This document shows positions 12,234 to 24,964 of a DNA stretch of 64,000 bases, piece by piece. This stretch comes from Felis catus (taxonomy: Eukaryota): contig NC_058368.1 in the NCBI RefSeq assembly GCF_018350175.1, positions 67,768,001 through 67,832,000 of the forward strand, in the 5' to 3' direction. How positions within the stretch are numbered: the first letter of the stretch is position 1; each line of letters starts with the position of its first letter. The translations under genes were made by a program, and so were the position numbers. The notes under the pieces were generated by a model that saw only the letters and a list, made by a program, of their open reading frames with translations, searched no databases and was not told the origin of the DNA.

Positions 12234-13098
12234 AAAAATTTAAAATTAATTAATTTATTGTCAGGTTGGCTAACGTACAGTGTATACAGTGGGCTCTTGG
12301 TTTTGGGGGTAGATTCCTGTGATTCATCACTTACGTACAACACCCAGTGCTCATCCCAACAGGTGCCCTCCTCAATGCCCATCACCCATTTTCCCCTCTC
12401 CCCCGCCTCTCCCCCATCAACCCTCAGTTTGTTCTCTGTATTTAAGAGTCTCTTATGGTTTGCCTCCCTCCCTCTCTGTTTGTAACTATTTTTTCCCCTT
12501 TCCTTCTCCCGTGGTTTTCTGTTATGTTTCTCAAGATCCACATATGAGTGAAAACATATGATATCTGTCCTTCTCTGACTGACTTATTTCACTTAGCATA
12601 ATACCCTCCAGTACCATCCATGTTGCTGCAAATGGCAGGATTTCATCCTTTCTTATTGCCAAGTAGTATTCCATTGTGTATATAAACCACAACCTCTTTA
12701 TCCATTCATCAGTTGATGGACATTTAGGCTCTTTCCATAATTTGGCTATTGTTGAAAGTGCTGCTATACACATTGGGGTACAAGTGCCCCTCTGCATCAG
12801 CACTCCTGTATCCCTTGGGTGAATTCCTAGCAGTGCTATTGCTGGGTCATAGGGTAGATCTAATTTTAATTTTTTGAGGAACCTCCACACTGTTTTCCAG
12901 AGTGGCTGCACCAGTTTGCATTCCTACCAACAGTGCAAGAGGGCTCCCCTTTCTCCACATCCTCACCAGCATCTGTTGTTTCTTGAGTTGTTAATTTTAG
13001 CCTCTCTGACCGGTGTGAGGTGGTATCTCAGTGTGGTTTTGATTTGTGTTTCCCTGATGATGAGTCACGTTGAACATCTTTTCATGTGTCTGTTGGCC
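12234..13098 (-). mobile_element. 5'-truncated carnivore L1 (ORF2 C-terminus and 3'UTR)
   Basis: Minus ORF 12531-12911 [29 protein letters not shown]...WKEPKCPSTDEWI is the L1 ORF2 C-terminus; TSD atagagatgcc(a/g)tttt at 12218-12233 and 13099-13114. Confidence 0.95.
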
Positions 13099-13315
13099 AT
13101 AGAGATGCCGTTTTGTGATTTCTTGTGTCGAGACAGAATCCTAAACTCCGAACTTAAGAAATAAGTGGAAAATTATGGACATTTGGGCATCAGTGAATGC
13201 AGGGTACAGGATGGGAAACAGGGAAAGCACACAGTGTACTTGGGTGTATATATTCTGTTGGTGGACAAAAAGGAAACCTGTCTGGAATGGTGTGAGAGCA
13301 AGAGAGAATGTCTAG

Positions 13316-13496
13316 GGGGCGCCTGGGTGGCTCAGTCAGTTAAGCCTCCGACTCTTGGTTTTGGATCAGGTTATGATCTCACAATTTGTGAATTTAAGCC
13401 CTGCGTCGGGGTCATAATCTCACATTTTGTGAGTTTAAGCCCTGTGTTAAGCACTGATAGTGAGTTTAAGCACTGATAGTGCAGAGCCTGCTTGGG

Positions 13497-13540
<44 letters not shown>

Positions 13541-13609
13541 CTTCCCCTGCTCACACACACACACACACACTCTCTCAAAATAAGTAAATAAACTTTAAAG
13601 ATAAAAAAA
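13316..13609 (+). mobile_element. Can-SINE with internal tandem duplications
   Basis: ggggcgcctgggtggctcagtc head; (CT)n, (CA)n and A-rich tail. Confidence 0.92.
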
Positions 13610-13925
13610 ACATTCTTTATCTTTAAAGATGAAAAACTGGAATATCTAGGACCAAAGGCAAGAGTGGGAAGCCAACTCTGAAAGGACATGGTTTAGATGG
13701 AGAAGCCATCATGTGGACTATACATGACCAGGAAGGGAAAAAGGCTCTGGGGCTGGCAGTTTGGACCCAGCACAGAGGGCTTTTTCCAGCACAATGATTA
13801 GTTAGAGTAAAATAGGAAGCAAATCAGAAGGTGGCATGTATGAGTGACCTCTTCAATCACATCACTGATGATTTCTGCTCATTTTTCTTCTGCTTCCTCC
13901 CCAACTATCTTTTTAGTAGGTTATT

Positions 13926-14148
13926 CTTTTTATGTATGTATGTTTGTATTTATTAATTTATTTGGGAGAGAGAGCGAGAACGTGCATGAGCAGGGGAGAG
14001 AGGCAGAGAGAGAGAGAGAGAGACTGTTAAGCAGCCTCCATGCTCAGCACAGAGCCTGAAGCAGGGGTTGATCCTGTGAACTATGAGATCATGACCTGAC
14101 CTGAAATCAAGAGTCTGATGCTCAACTGACTGATCCACCCAGGAACCC
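13926..14148 (-). mobile_element. Can-SINE
   Basis: (GA)n, gagatcatgacctga, ccacccagg in reverse orientation. Confidence 0.9.
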
Positions 14149-14724
14149 TTCTTTTTTTAATTATTATTCTTATGCTGCCTTCTTTATTACCATGTTCCCT
14201 TCTTTTATTTGCATGTTCAGGCCTTTAGAAGACTATTCTTTACTATTGTTGAGTATGGATAGAATCATAGCATTTTATGGCTAAAGAAGACTGAAGAGGT
14301 GATCGAGTCCTACAATATATATGGCAAATGGGCAATTTAATCCTAAGGAAGTGAAATGATATGTCTAAGGTTTATTCAGGGACTTGAATCTTCATTTTAA
14401 TAATTTATATATGATGTTTTGCCTATTGTTTTTTCTGTTTACTATGAAAAGTATAGTGGAGAGTGTTTTAAGCTCTTATTATGTGCCAGTTACTGCAATA
14501 GTTCTAGGAATGCAGTTTTGAACAGTGTCAGCCCTACGGAAGTTAGTCTATTAGGAAGAAAGACCTTCATCTTTGGTAGGTGAGTATCACTCTCATTCTT
14601 AAATAACGCTAGCAAGAGATTCTGTCCACACCTTTTATAGGGTGGGGTAGTGATTTTTCCCTTTTATGACCTACTTTCTGTTGGTTCTGGTAGAGTAGTT
14701 GGAATCTAATGAATATTGTGGTAG

Positions 14725-15120
14725 ATAGAACCTTCTGTGTTGCAAATGATATAAACCTGACTCAAACTCAGTTCAGCCAGGGGGCATTACTGGCTTAACA
14801 ACCAGACCACAGGAAACGGAGGGGTAGAGTTGGTTTCAAGAATGATCGGAACTGGAAGTTTGGGGTCTTTCTCCCCATACTCCTTTGGATATTGATCTCA
14901 CTCTGTCCAATCGGCTTATTCTATGAAATGGGTAAATGGCTGTCATGTCTAATAGCTCCACAGGCCAAGAGGCTAGCAAGCCTTCTCCATGTTCCAATTT
15001 GCAATGTTGGGGCATAACTCTGAATAGCTCAGCTTGGAACTTGTAAGTCTTCTTTTAGCCAGTCCATGGGGCCGGGGCAGTGAGGTTTCCGGACCCACCT
15101 GGTATCACAGAACCATCCAT
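14725..15120. mobile_element. Ancient MaLR (MLT1-like) LTR fragment
   Basis: gttgcaaatgatataaacctgactcaaactc...actggctta resembles old MLT1 ends. Confidence 0.45.
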
Positions 15121-15126
15121 GGGACT

Positions 15127-15127
<1 letters not shown>

Positions 15128-15177
<50 letters not shown>
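15128..15177. repeat. (TG)n microsatellite
   Basis: Directly visible. Confidence 0.97.
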
Positions 15178-15178
<1 letters not shown>

Positions 15179-15444
15179 GTGATAAGGGGAGCTCACATAG
15201 ATACAGCTCCCACAGGGACCATTGGGTTCTGGATAGTCTTTCCAACTGTGTCAATTACAGGTGTAAGTAAATAAAAAATAAACAAACTTTCAGATCTCTC
15301 CCTTGCATTCTTGTGTGTAGGAACATTTTAATGTTAAGCTGCAGCTCCAATTTATTTGCAGCAGCTGGAATCCATGTCACACGAGGAATAATTTGGAGGA
15401 ACAGGGGGGATTTAATATAGAGGTGGCAAAAAATAAGGAGAGAT

Positions 15445-15750
15445 GTAAAAATTGCCTTCAAATACTCAAAGGAGGAAGGTGTGCAAGATGGAGGAAGCTT
15501 GCTCTGTATTTCTCCAAAGGATGGAACTAGGATACTTGAGATTCAGGTGGCTGGAGAAGGTTTCAACTCAGAGTAAGAACTTCCTAAAATTTGTAGCTAT
15601 CTAAAATGCGAATGGACTCTTTTGTGCAGTGGCTTACTCCCCAGCAGTGAAAACTTGAAATGTGGCTCATTAACCACTGAGGTTGTGAAAGGAACTCTTC
15701 CCTGAGGAAGAGCTTAGCCTCTCTGGCCTTCTATTTTAAGATTCTGTGTT
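15445..15750 (+). mobile_element. CR1/L3 LINE 3' fragment
   Basis: ccttcaaatactcaaagg...agtaagaacttcctaaaa...aatggact resembles the L3 3' end. Confidence 0.5.
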
Positions 15751-16025
15751 CTAATCTAAGCTGAATTCAGGGTATCTTTCTTCTCCCCTCTTCTGCCCCA
15801 TGCAGAGAAAGCAAAACACAACCCCCCCCCCCCCCCCGCCTCAAAAAAAAAGATTACAAATGAACTACTAAGTTGTCAAACATTTGTAAATATTTCCACC
15901 AAGGAAACTTGGAAAGCACAGGTCTGGTGGTATAGACTGTTTTACCTGGCGAGGGCCAAAAGCAGTAGTCCAGTGTACTAGAGCTTCTGTTTCTTCATAA
16001 TGAATATAAAAAGGAAAGATGAGTC

Positions 16026-16268
16026 GGGCGCCTGAGTGGCTCAGTCGGTTAAGCTTCCAACTTTGGCTCAGGTCATGATATCACAGTACGTGAGGTTGAG
16101 CCCCCTGTTGGGCTCCATGCTGACAGCTCGGAGCCTGGAGCCTGCTTCAGATTCTGTGTCTCCCTCTCTCTCTGCCCCTCCCCTGCTTGTACTCTGTCTA
16201 TCTCTCTTTCTCAAAAAAAAAAAAAAATACATAAAAACAATAAATAAATAAATATTGAAAAAATTTAA
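16026..16268 (+). mobile_element. Can-SINE
   Basis: Full head and tail; TSD aaaaaggaaagatgag at 16008-16023 and 16269-16284. Confidence 0.95.
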
Positions 16269-16324
16269 AAAAAGGAAAGATGAGAAAATATAACATAACT
16301 TACCACCAAAAGCCATCACCACTT

Positions 16325-16727
16325 AGGTTTTTTTTTTTTAATATGAAATTTATTGTCAAATTGGTTTCCATACAACACCCAGTGCTCATCCCAACAGGTG
16401 CCCTCCTCAATACCCATCACCCTCCCTCTTCCCCACCCCCCATCAACCCTCAGTTTGTTCTCAGTTTTTTTTTTTTTTAAATTTTTTTTTTCAACGTTTA
16501 TTTATTTTTTGGGACAGAGAGAGACAGAGCATGAACGGGGGAGGGGCAGAGAGAGAGGGAGACACAGAATCGGAAACAGGCTCCAGGCTCTGAGCTGTCA
16601 GCACAGAGCCCGACGCGGGGCTCGAACTCACGGACCGCGAGATCGTGACCTGGCTGAAGTCGGATGCTTAACCGACTGCGCCACCCAGGCGCCCCTGTTC
16701 TCAGTTTTTAAGAGTCTCTTATGTTTT
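16325..16727 (-). mobile_element. Very short L1 3'-end insertion interrupted by a SINE
   Basis: Poly-T then caacacccagtgctcatcccaacaggtgccctcctcaat (same as the L1 at ~12340); TSD aagccatcaccactt at 16310-16324 and 16728-16742. Confidence 0.9.
16470..16695 (-). mobile_element. Young Can-SINE nested in L1 fragment
   Basis: CpG-intact body; perfect TSD tgttctcagttttt at 16456-16469 and 16696-16709. Confidence 0.95.
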
Positions 16728-18671
16728 AAGCCATCACCACTTTGAAACATCATCTGGTTATTGCTTTTTCCTTTAGACAGTGGGCTGCAATATATAAGGA
16801 GTCAGCAGAGCTCTCTTTCAGATTGTCTAGAATATTATGGCCCATACAGCCTTCTAAAGTATAATCTCTTTGATGTCTCTTCTAATTAGAAATGTTGAAC
16901 TGCGAAGAAGGTTAATTTTCACCATCAGGTTTGTGTGCTGTGTGAAACTAAGGAGATAAGAGATTGTCTCTATGTCGTATCCACTTACATGTTCATTACA
17001 GAGTCTCTGAAAGTATTGCTTCTGGTCCAAACCACCAATATTTGCTATAAATCAGAAAGAGGTTGAATTAAACCCATTCCTTTTTTTTCTTTTTGAGTTG
17101 TGAAGCTAAAACTGGAATCTGGCAAATGGTGATCGATGATTTATTTTTTTGCCTCTTTCTTGCTGGTTACCTTGGGATATTGGCAAGGGTTGATTTTTTT
17201 TGGAAAAATCCAAATGCTCATGTAATAATTGAATTCTAGGTAAATTTAGCCACTGACAATGTGGGTTTGCTTAATCTTAGACTCTTGTATTATTATTCCC
17301 CAAAGCTAATTATTATCATCTCATTTTGACGAAGGACAATCAGAAGCTTATGGCATTTGAAAGTTACTTATGCTTGATAATGGATTAAACAGGTCTAAAT
17401 GATACTGCCAAATCCTAATGTGATTTTAAGACTCATGAAATAAATTATTGGGCCAAGAAATAGGTTTAGTATGAAAACAATTAAATGGGGAGCCCAAATT
17501 AATATTTTCTAGTAATTAATTATCTTGTTTTTGAGTTTGTTAAATTATGGATATTATATATAAATCCTCTGTTGATTTTAATTGGCTAATAAAGCTTTGT
17601 TTTAATTATAGCTAAGCATTTAACTATGTGTTGGGAAGTGTACCAGATTTAACTTAGATGATATTATTTGTTTATATCTTCCTCTAGCACATACATTTGC
17701 TCAGTAAAACACACGCAAAGTTACCAGCACAGAGACTGATCTATGAAAGATACTCCATAAACGTCAGCTGAAAGTCTGTGACATGTTCTAGATTACATTG
17801 GAAAAATATCAGCATAACCTGACAAGATTGTGGTTCTTTAAAAGAGGGAATGATTAAATGTTTTATAGCATGACTCTCTTACTTCAGGTGACAGTTCTAA
17901 TTGTTAGTAGTTGCCTTCCATGATTAGCAAGATGTCAACTCCTTTGATTCTCTAGAGGAGTAAAAGTAAGGACAGAAATCAGGCCGGCCTTATTGGACTA
18001 TCCTAGGAGGTTTCTCCTATGAGATAGTATGCTACAACTCAAATTCTTGTGGGTACAAACAGCCTCTTGGGAAGGTTAATCTCATTTATTGTAACTTTAG
18101 TAAAAAAAAAAAAAATCAGCCTCTGGAGAGCACAGTGTCTTCGATGTAGGTTAGGAGGCTGAGGAAAGTGTAAATAATATGTACTGGATTACTACTGGTT
18201 GAAGTCAGATGGTTGAGGTGGTTGTGATATTGAGGAGTGTTGGAAGGAGACCCCGAATTAGGAAAACAGTCCTCAAGGGAAATTGGAAGAAATCAGTGAC
18301 AAATTTATCAGTCACTGAAAATCACTGTGCGTTGTGCTGATGTCCAATTTGTGCGTGTAGTTAGGGCGATGTTTAAGAGCATGGGCTGTGAAGTCAAGGG
18401 AGCTGGATTTTCATCTGGCTCAACCTCTTACTCTCATGTAACCCTGAATCAGTCAGTTACCTGTTCTGTACTTTGACTTCCTTTTCTGGAAAATGGGAGG
18501 CATGGTGGTACTACTCCTGGTGGGTTCTCACGGTGCATGTGGCACCTTTGAAGCAAAGCCTGCCACATGCAAGCATTAGCCATCATTTTCTTCTCATGGG
18601 GCTCGTCTTGCACATCCACGCTGTTTTGTGTAAAAATAAAATGATAGGTAAACCTGTACCATTCCCCTTCC

Positions 18672-18681
18672 TTTTTTTTTT

Positions 18682-18728
<47 letters not shown>

Positions 18729-18889
18729 CAGCAAGGGAAGGGCAGAAGGAGAGGGAGAGAGAGAATCTTAAGCAGGCTCCATGCTCGGTGTGGAACCTGA
18801 TGCAGGGCTCAATCTCAGGATGGTGAGATCATGTCCCGAGCTGAAATCCAGAGTCAGATGCTTAACCGACTGAGCCACCCAGGTGCCCC
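18672..18889 (-). mobile_element. Can-SINE
   Basis: Poly-T, (GA)n, ctgagccacccaggtgcccc. Confidence 0.92.
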
Positions 18890-19926
18890 TGTACCGTCCT
18901 TTTTGACTCTGGCACTTCTCATCCTGAGAGACCAAAAATGAATCTGTAAGTTGTGATGCAGAAAAGCCACAGATGATGAAGGTAAGTGTTAATTTGTAAG
19001 CTGCCGTGGACACTTAGTGGGCACTTAAATGAAGGCATTTGAATGGAAACTCGCACTCTTCCTTTTCTTCAGCATATCATTTTATTTTTTTTATGGGTAA
19101 TTAATGAAACAGCAGCAAAAATGTTTAAACACACACAATTAAATTCATAAATGGAGCAATCCTGCAGTGAAATTGAATTAGTTGCCTGTGGGCACATAAA
19201 TATTTGCAGTTCATTGCTATTATTAATATCTTAGCATGCTTTTATTGGTAAGTACTGTGCCATTTGTTGTCAGAACCTTGCATTTAACACCGTATGTTCA
19301 CGGTTACCTCTGCATTCTAGTTTCTTTATAAACGTAAGAGGGTAGAAATGCTAACCTCCTTGCTGTCCTCCACATTTATTTGTTGGATTTTACAGAGTAT
19401 TTCTTTCAAAGGAATCAAGGTTATAGATGTTGACTATATAGTTGGATGGTAGCTTCTATATTTTGTGGACTCTAATTATGAACTTGTAGAATTTTATAGA
19501 TTTGCTTGAAAAAGTGAAAACAGAACTAGAGAGAAGGGTACACATGACTTTAAACACATATAGTTGGTGACTTAAGCTGTGTGTGCAAGGTAAGATCTGT
19601 ATAGTACAGTAAAAAACAAAGTGACATGCCCGGGAAGAGAGAACAGACACTGATAATGTGGAGCGTAAATTAGAAGGATGCTACGGAGGAGGGAGAGCAG
19701 AAGGACAAAAGTAGTCAAGGTGAAGAATGAAATCTTAAAAAACCGAATCAGAAGGAATATTGAAAATGGAGGTGAGCAGTTTATCTTGCATGCAATGGTT
19801 GGTCTCATTAGTGCCTTTATGGGGAGTAATTCGCCATCTATCCCCTGCCTCCGAGGGCCGGTGTCATTAAATGCTGCGGGTGTTCTTTTGATTACTTACA
19901 CATTCTTCTTCTCTAGCACAGCTAGC

Positions 19927-20340
19927 TGTATTAGTCAGGGTCCTAGAAGCAAACAGAGGGACACTCTGGGATTGTGATGGGGCTATTACAGAGGTATGGA
20001 CTGGTTAAGGGCCACCACTGGACCTGGGGCCCCTTGTAACTACCGACAAGGGTATCCCCTCCGGGCCTGAAGTGGCAGAGAGAGGAGACCATGTTGTCAG
20101 CATCCATTGTCTGCTGGGGCCTGACAGGAGCTATGGCCCCAGTGGTAAGAAGGGCTTTCCCACGGGAGCTGCTTGTTCCAGAAGTATGGAGCTGAGGCAG
20201 AGAGGACGGGATGGGGAGAAAATATCCTGATCACTTTCTCCTCCCACCTGCCGGTCTCCTTCCATTGCCTTCCACTGGCTGAATCCACGCAGAAAGTGAA
20301 CAGTAAGAGAGTTACTTGATATAACCACGTGTGTTCCACA
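19927..20340. mobile_element. Ancient ERVL/MaLR-type LTR remnant
   Basis: Starts tgtattagtcagggt, a typical MLT terminus; degenerate. Confidence 0.45.
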
Positions 20341-22602
20341 AGCCAGAGAAAGATGGAGAATGGATTTGGGTTGGGGGGGGGGGCAGTGGGTGGGATGAAC
20401 ATGCAGAATAACTTGCCTTTAAATGGTTTGAAATGTCTTCTAATCCATTTTATGAATGTCCTGTTCAAGTCTACAAATGAGACCACTTATAAATATCTGT
20501 TCTTTTCGTACCTGGACCTCATGTTTTCTGTATGGACTGTTAGTCTCCACCTAAAGAACGGTGAATTCAGCAAAGCACACTCCACAGAATAGCAGTCACC
20601 ATAGACAGTGACTTCTTCACTGAACGATAGAAATGATGCTAAATTTGGGTGTTTTGTCACCCCAGAATCAGCTGATAATAGTAACAGATTGGGGAAGTTT
20701 TACCTGTATTATGATGCATATATTATACCTGTATGTGGTATTTTATAAATTTGAAGTTATATAGAGATATTAATTGAGACTAACAAAATAGTTTGCAAAA
20801 CCGGCTGTAGTTTGCAAAAGCACACTTGTGAGATGAGATGCTTCCTGTTGCTTAGATTTTCTTCCAAGAACATTAAGAACATTAAAAGTAACATTAATGT
20901 GGCTTTCAGTCTCGGGGTGAATGATGAGGAAAGAAAAAAAATGTATCAATTAGAAAAAAGTATCAATTTGAAACTATTTTAATGTTTTTTTTGTTTTTAT
21001 TTAAAAGCCATTTGAAACACTATTTCCATATTAATTTTGCGGGAGAGATATGATATGCTTGATACTATACATATATGCAACTCTTTGCAAAATATTAGGA
21101 ACATGGAATCTCCTAACATTAGATACTGAAAAATAGTTAAAGCTGATGTCTGAGAAAACTTGACATAAGAACTATCAATTCACTGTGCAAATTCCAAGAG
21201 TCAAAATGTCATGAGCCAAACATGATTCAACATATGCATTTGTAGATATTCAATGCAATATCTGTCCCTAGTACCTCTACTGAGCTTGGCGCATGTGTGT
21301 TGAGTTCATTTCTTCCATCCATGAGGAGGGGATTTTGCGTTGCTGGGAACAGCATCATCCACGAAGAACATACTCTTTTTCACATGTATGTACTCTTTAC
21401 GTACAGCACTGTTTTTTGTTCTCTAGAACCCCATTATGTGATGGCTAGAGTTGGCAATGGTCTGCAAACATGAGGCTCTTGTGCAGGCCTTTGCATCTGT
21501 GTGAAGTGTACTTGCCATGATAAAATTGCCTTAGGAATTGTATTCTTCTGGCTCCGAATATTAACTATAAGGAGCCTGCACTCCAGTCAACTGAATGTAA
21601 GTCCCCTTAACTTAAAGATTCTGGGCGAGCTGTTAGAGAAGGTTTTCTTTCCCACATAGCTTCATCGAGTTTGTCATTCTGCCTTCCAAACATTCGATGA
21701 AAGAGGTGGATTAATGGATAGTTCTATTTCTAATGATTCTATTAAAGAAACAGTTCTATCAATACTTCTCTTGATAAATAAATATCAAAAGTATTGTGTA
21801 TAAAAACGTCAGACAACATGAAGGAACTCCAGTACGTTGGAGCTGTCAAATTTATTATCTGATGCGTATTTAATCTAAAAATACTTCTCAGCTCTCATGG
21901 TCCATTCTTTGTCTTTTAAATTCACACTTAAGCCTACAGCACCACTGCAGATAAATTTCTTTGCTTTGAAAGTTTTATTCTGTGAGTTCCCTATGTGTGC
22001 TATAAAGAATAATTAATGTAATGAAAAAATCAATATTGTGTATAAATTATTTAGGCTTTACTATCATTGTAATTTTCTCTTCAACACCTATTGATCGGCA
22101 ACAATTCATTTGTTAATTTCTTCCTAATAAGATATTCATTGTATTAGGTCTGTAGTAGTGCTAGCCGTGCACCTTCACGAATAAGTCATGAATTACTAAT
22201 GATACGTGGAAGAAGTTAACCTACTAGTGAGTGCTGTAAGACAGAAAACAGGCAAAGGGGAGTCATTTGAAATGCTATCCTGTGGAAAGCCTGTGTAGTC
22301 ACAACGGCTAATAACTAAATGAGTAGACTCTTGCAGGATATTAATTTGTACTTTAAAATTTTATGTGACCATATTTTTCCAGGGAAGAAGGTCTTAGCAT
22401 TGGCAGACATTCTGCCTCAATAGCATTTTCTAGATCCAGTAAAATAAAAGGCAAAGAACATATGTTCTGAAGCCCAAATGTAGGTTTAAGTCCTGACTCT
22501 ATTACTTACTATTATACGACCTGTCACGGATTGCACGAGTTCTTCAGGCTTTGTTTTCTTGACCCATAAAACAGTGATAAAAACATTCCTGTTTGGTGTC
22601 AG

Positions 22603-23018
22603 TGTTGGTTCCAGACTTTGGGAGCTTCCTGGGTGAAATCAGAAACACCCCTGTACATGGAGGGCAAAGAAAGACTGAAGGAAGAGGCAGCCATTCCAGA
22701 TTGGTAGGCAGCGGGTTTACTAAGCAAGGGAACTTACATATGAGGCTTGTCTTGGGCGTGTGGCCCCATGATGATTCTGCACCTGCCTGCCAGAATCTTA
22801 AGAGTTTATACAGAGACCTTAGCTGAGTTCAGTCCAGATGGTCTCTACACCTTACTATCTCAAGGCCGTGTCCTAGAGACAGCTCCTAGTGTGGGGATGT
22901 AGGCAGAAAGTGCATTCCAAGGACAGGGGAGTGGCTGGGGGATGCCTTCCATTTACCCCAGGTCCAGCTTGTGCTGGCTCACCCATTGGTTCCATCCTCT
23001 AGATGACTTCCTCCGACA
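22603..23018. mobile_element. Solo LTR (~416 bp)
   Basis: tgttgg...ccgaca inverted termini; degenerate 5-bp TSD gtcag/attag; absent from the paralogous segment at ~25120. Confidence 0.75.
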
Positions 23019-23449
23019 ATTAGTAATGAGGATCATCTGAGTTAACGCCCACAAACATTTACAGGTGTGTATGTTTCTTTTTAAATTTTATTTCTAAATC
23101 CACAATTCTTTTGTTTTGGGGAGGATAAGGGATAATCTTCCCAACTGTCTGTAACAGTGCTCTGAATGAATTGGTTATTAGATGCTGCTTCGATAGTTGT
23201 CCACTGAATTTTTTCAGAAGACTATGAAAAATCTGAGCCCTTTTGGAAACCCAAAGAGATTGGAGTCCAAGAAATCAAACTGCCCAAATTCGTGGCAAAG
23301 AGAACTTTTGTGTCAGCTCATTTGGACCAAGGAGGGAGAGTGTTATCCTGAAAAGAGCTCTGCACTTGTGATTAAGCAACACGGTTTGAATCTAGGCTTC
23401 TTCATGGACTTGTTTACTTATTGATTGTGTGGCCTTCCTGCCAATATTT

Positions 23450-23575
23450 AAGCTTCCTGAAGATAGTGACTGTTTTGTTTCTCTCTGCATCCTCAGTGCC
23501 TAGAATAGTGCCTGGTCATAATGGCTGTCAAATAAATGTTGTCTGAATAAATGAAAGAATGAAAGAAAACAAGCA
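23450..23575 (+). mobile_element. L2 3' end within a MIR-like remnant
   Basis: cctcagtgcctagaatagtgcctgg...aaataaatgttgtctgaataaatgaa. Confidence 0.7.
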
Positions 23576-24453
23576 TGAATAAATTTACTAATTTATCGGA
23601 CACTTTGGATAGGAATATGTGTCCTGTCTTCCTTTCTGGAATTGTTGGAGGTTAAGTGAAAACACTTGGTAAAGGATAAAGTACTCTACAAACTTAAATT
23701 TACTCTGACAGTGAGGAGCCTTTTGACATAGAATGGAAAAGGAAGGAAAGTTGGATTTTGGAAATGCAACGAATATATAATTCAGTGTTTACAGGGAGTT
23801 TCAAAAATCAGGAATGACAAAGATGCATTCGAAAATATGCAAAACACACATTCAACTCGACAACTTGTTAGAGTAATGAGCAGTTTCACTTAAAACAGGA
23901 CATAATATATCATAAAAGGCTTATCAAGATGCTCAAGTTTTTCTCCTTAGACCATCAGGAAACTCTTTTTCCAGGGATTTGGCACAGATCAAGGTATAAA
24001 AGTTTTTTTTCCCCTGCATTGCTTTACCCTTTTGAGGAAGCTATCCTAAAATTGGTATTTTTACTTTTGTATTCATGACTTTATCATTATTTTCATATGA
24101 CCAGTATAAATTAGAACTTTCGGTTAATATGTCCTCAAAGTGTGCTGAGAATGTAACTCATTTTCATTTAAGCTGATTTAGCATGTGATAATCTACTGAG
24201 CTGTTCTCTGCATACTTGCTTTTGAAGCTAATTACAGGAGAGCAAAAAGTTACTTTAGAAGAGAAAATAAAATCTTCTAGAATCAAGAGTTTATGTTTCA
24301 TAATAAAGATCTGTTAGCAGAATAACTTTGCTTAGTAAGGAGCTGGTTTTCATATATGAGGTATGCCTGATCACTTCTAGGAGGATATACACATTTGCTT
24401 GGGTGGAGACCTTAAACTATACAAAGTATCTGGGTTGGACTGGAGTCTTAAAA

Positions 24454-24633
24454 TTTTTTTTTTTTTGATGTTTATTTATTTTTGAGAGCGGGCAAGAGAG
24501 AGACAGAGTGCAAGTGGGGGAGGGACAGAGAGAGAGGGAGACACAGCATCTGAAGCAGGCTCCAGGTTGTGAGCTATCAGCACAGAGAACAATGTGGGGC
24601 TCGAACCCACAAGCAATGAGATCATGACCTGAC
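24454..24633 (-). mobile_element. 5'-truncated Can-SINE
   Basis: Poly-T, gagacacagcatctgaagcaggctcc, ends at gagatcatgacctga. Confidence 0.9.
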
Positions 24634-24964
24634 CAGACTTCTTCTGGACCAGAGTCTTGGAAGAAGGTCAGTAAGCTGATGGAAAACCAGGAGAGATGTG
24701 ATGACCAGCAGTAGGAGGTGATCCAGAAGAAGAGAGGGAGGGTATTGCACTTGTTGAACTCTGTGTTAACAGCAACCCTCTGAGGCACGTAGAAGTGTCC
24801 CCATTTTACAGATGAAGAATCTGAGTATATTTATTAGGAAACTATCAGCTGCATTTAACAAAATCTCAAGTTCATATTGGCTTAATGGTGAGACATTTTA
24901 AGTCTCATAACAAGCCCAGAGAGAATTGGTTGATTCTGTCTTGATAGCATTTTCCAGATCTAGT

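Noticed and set aside
12531..12911. L1 ORF2-like ORFs (also 60399-60770, 50258-50443) as functional genes
   Set aside because: 5'-truncated retrotransposon fragments lacking promoter, endonuclease and RT domains.
15822..15850. Poly-C followed by poly-A
   Set aside because: Isolated homopolymers with no TSD or associated element; length unreliable.
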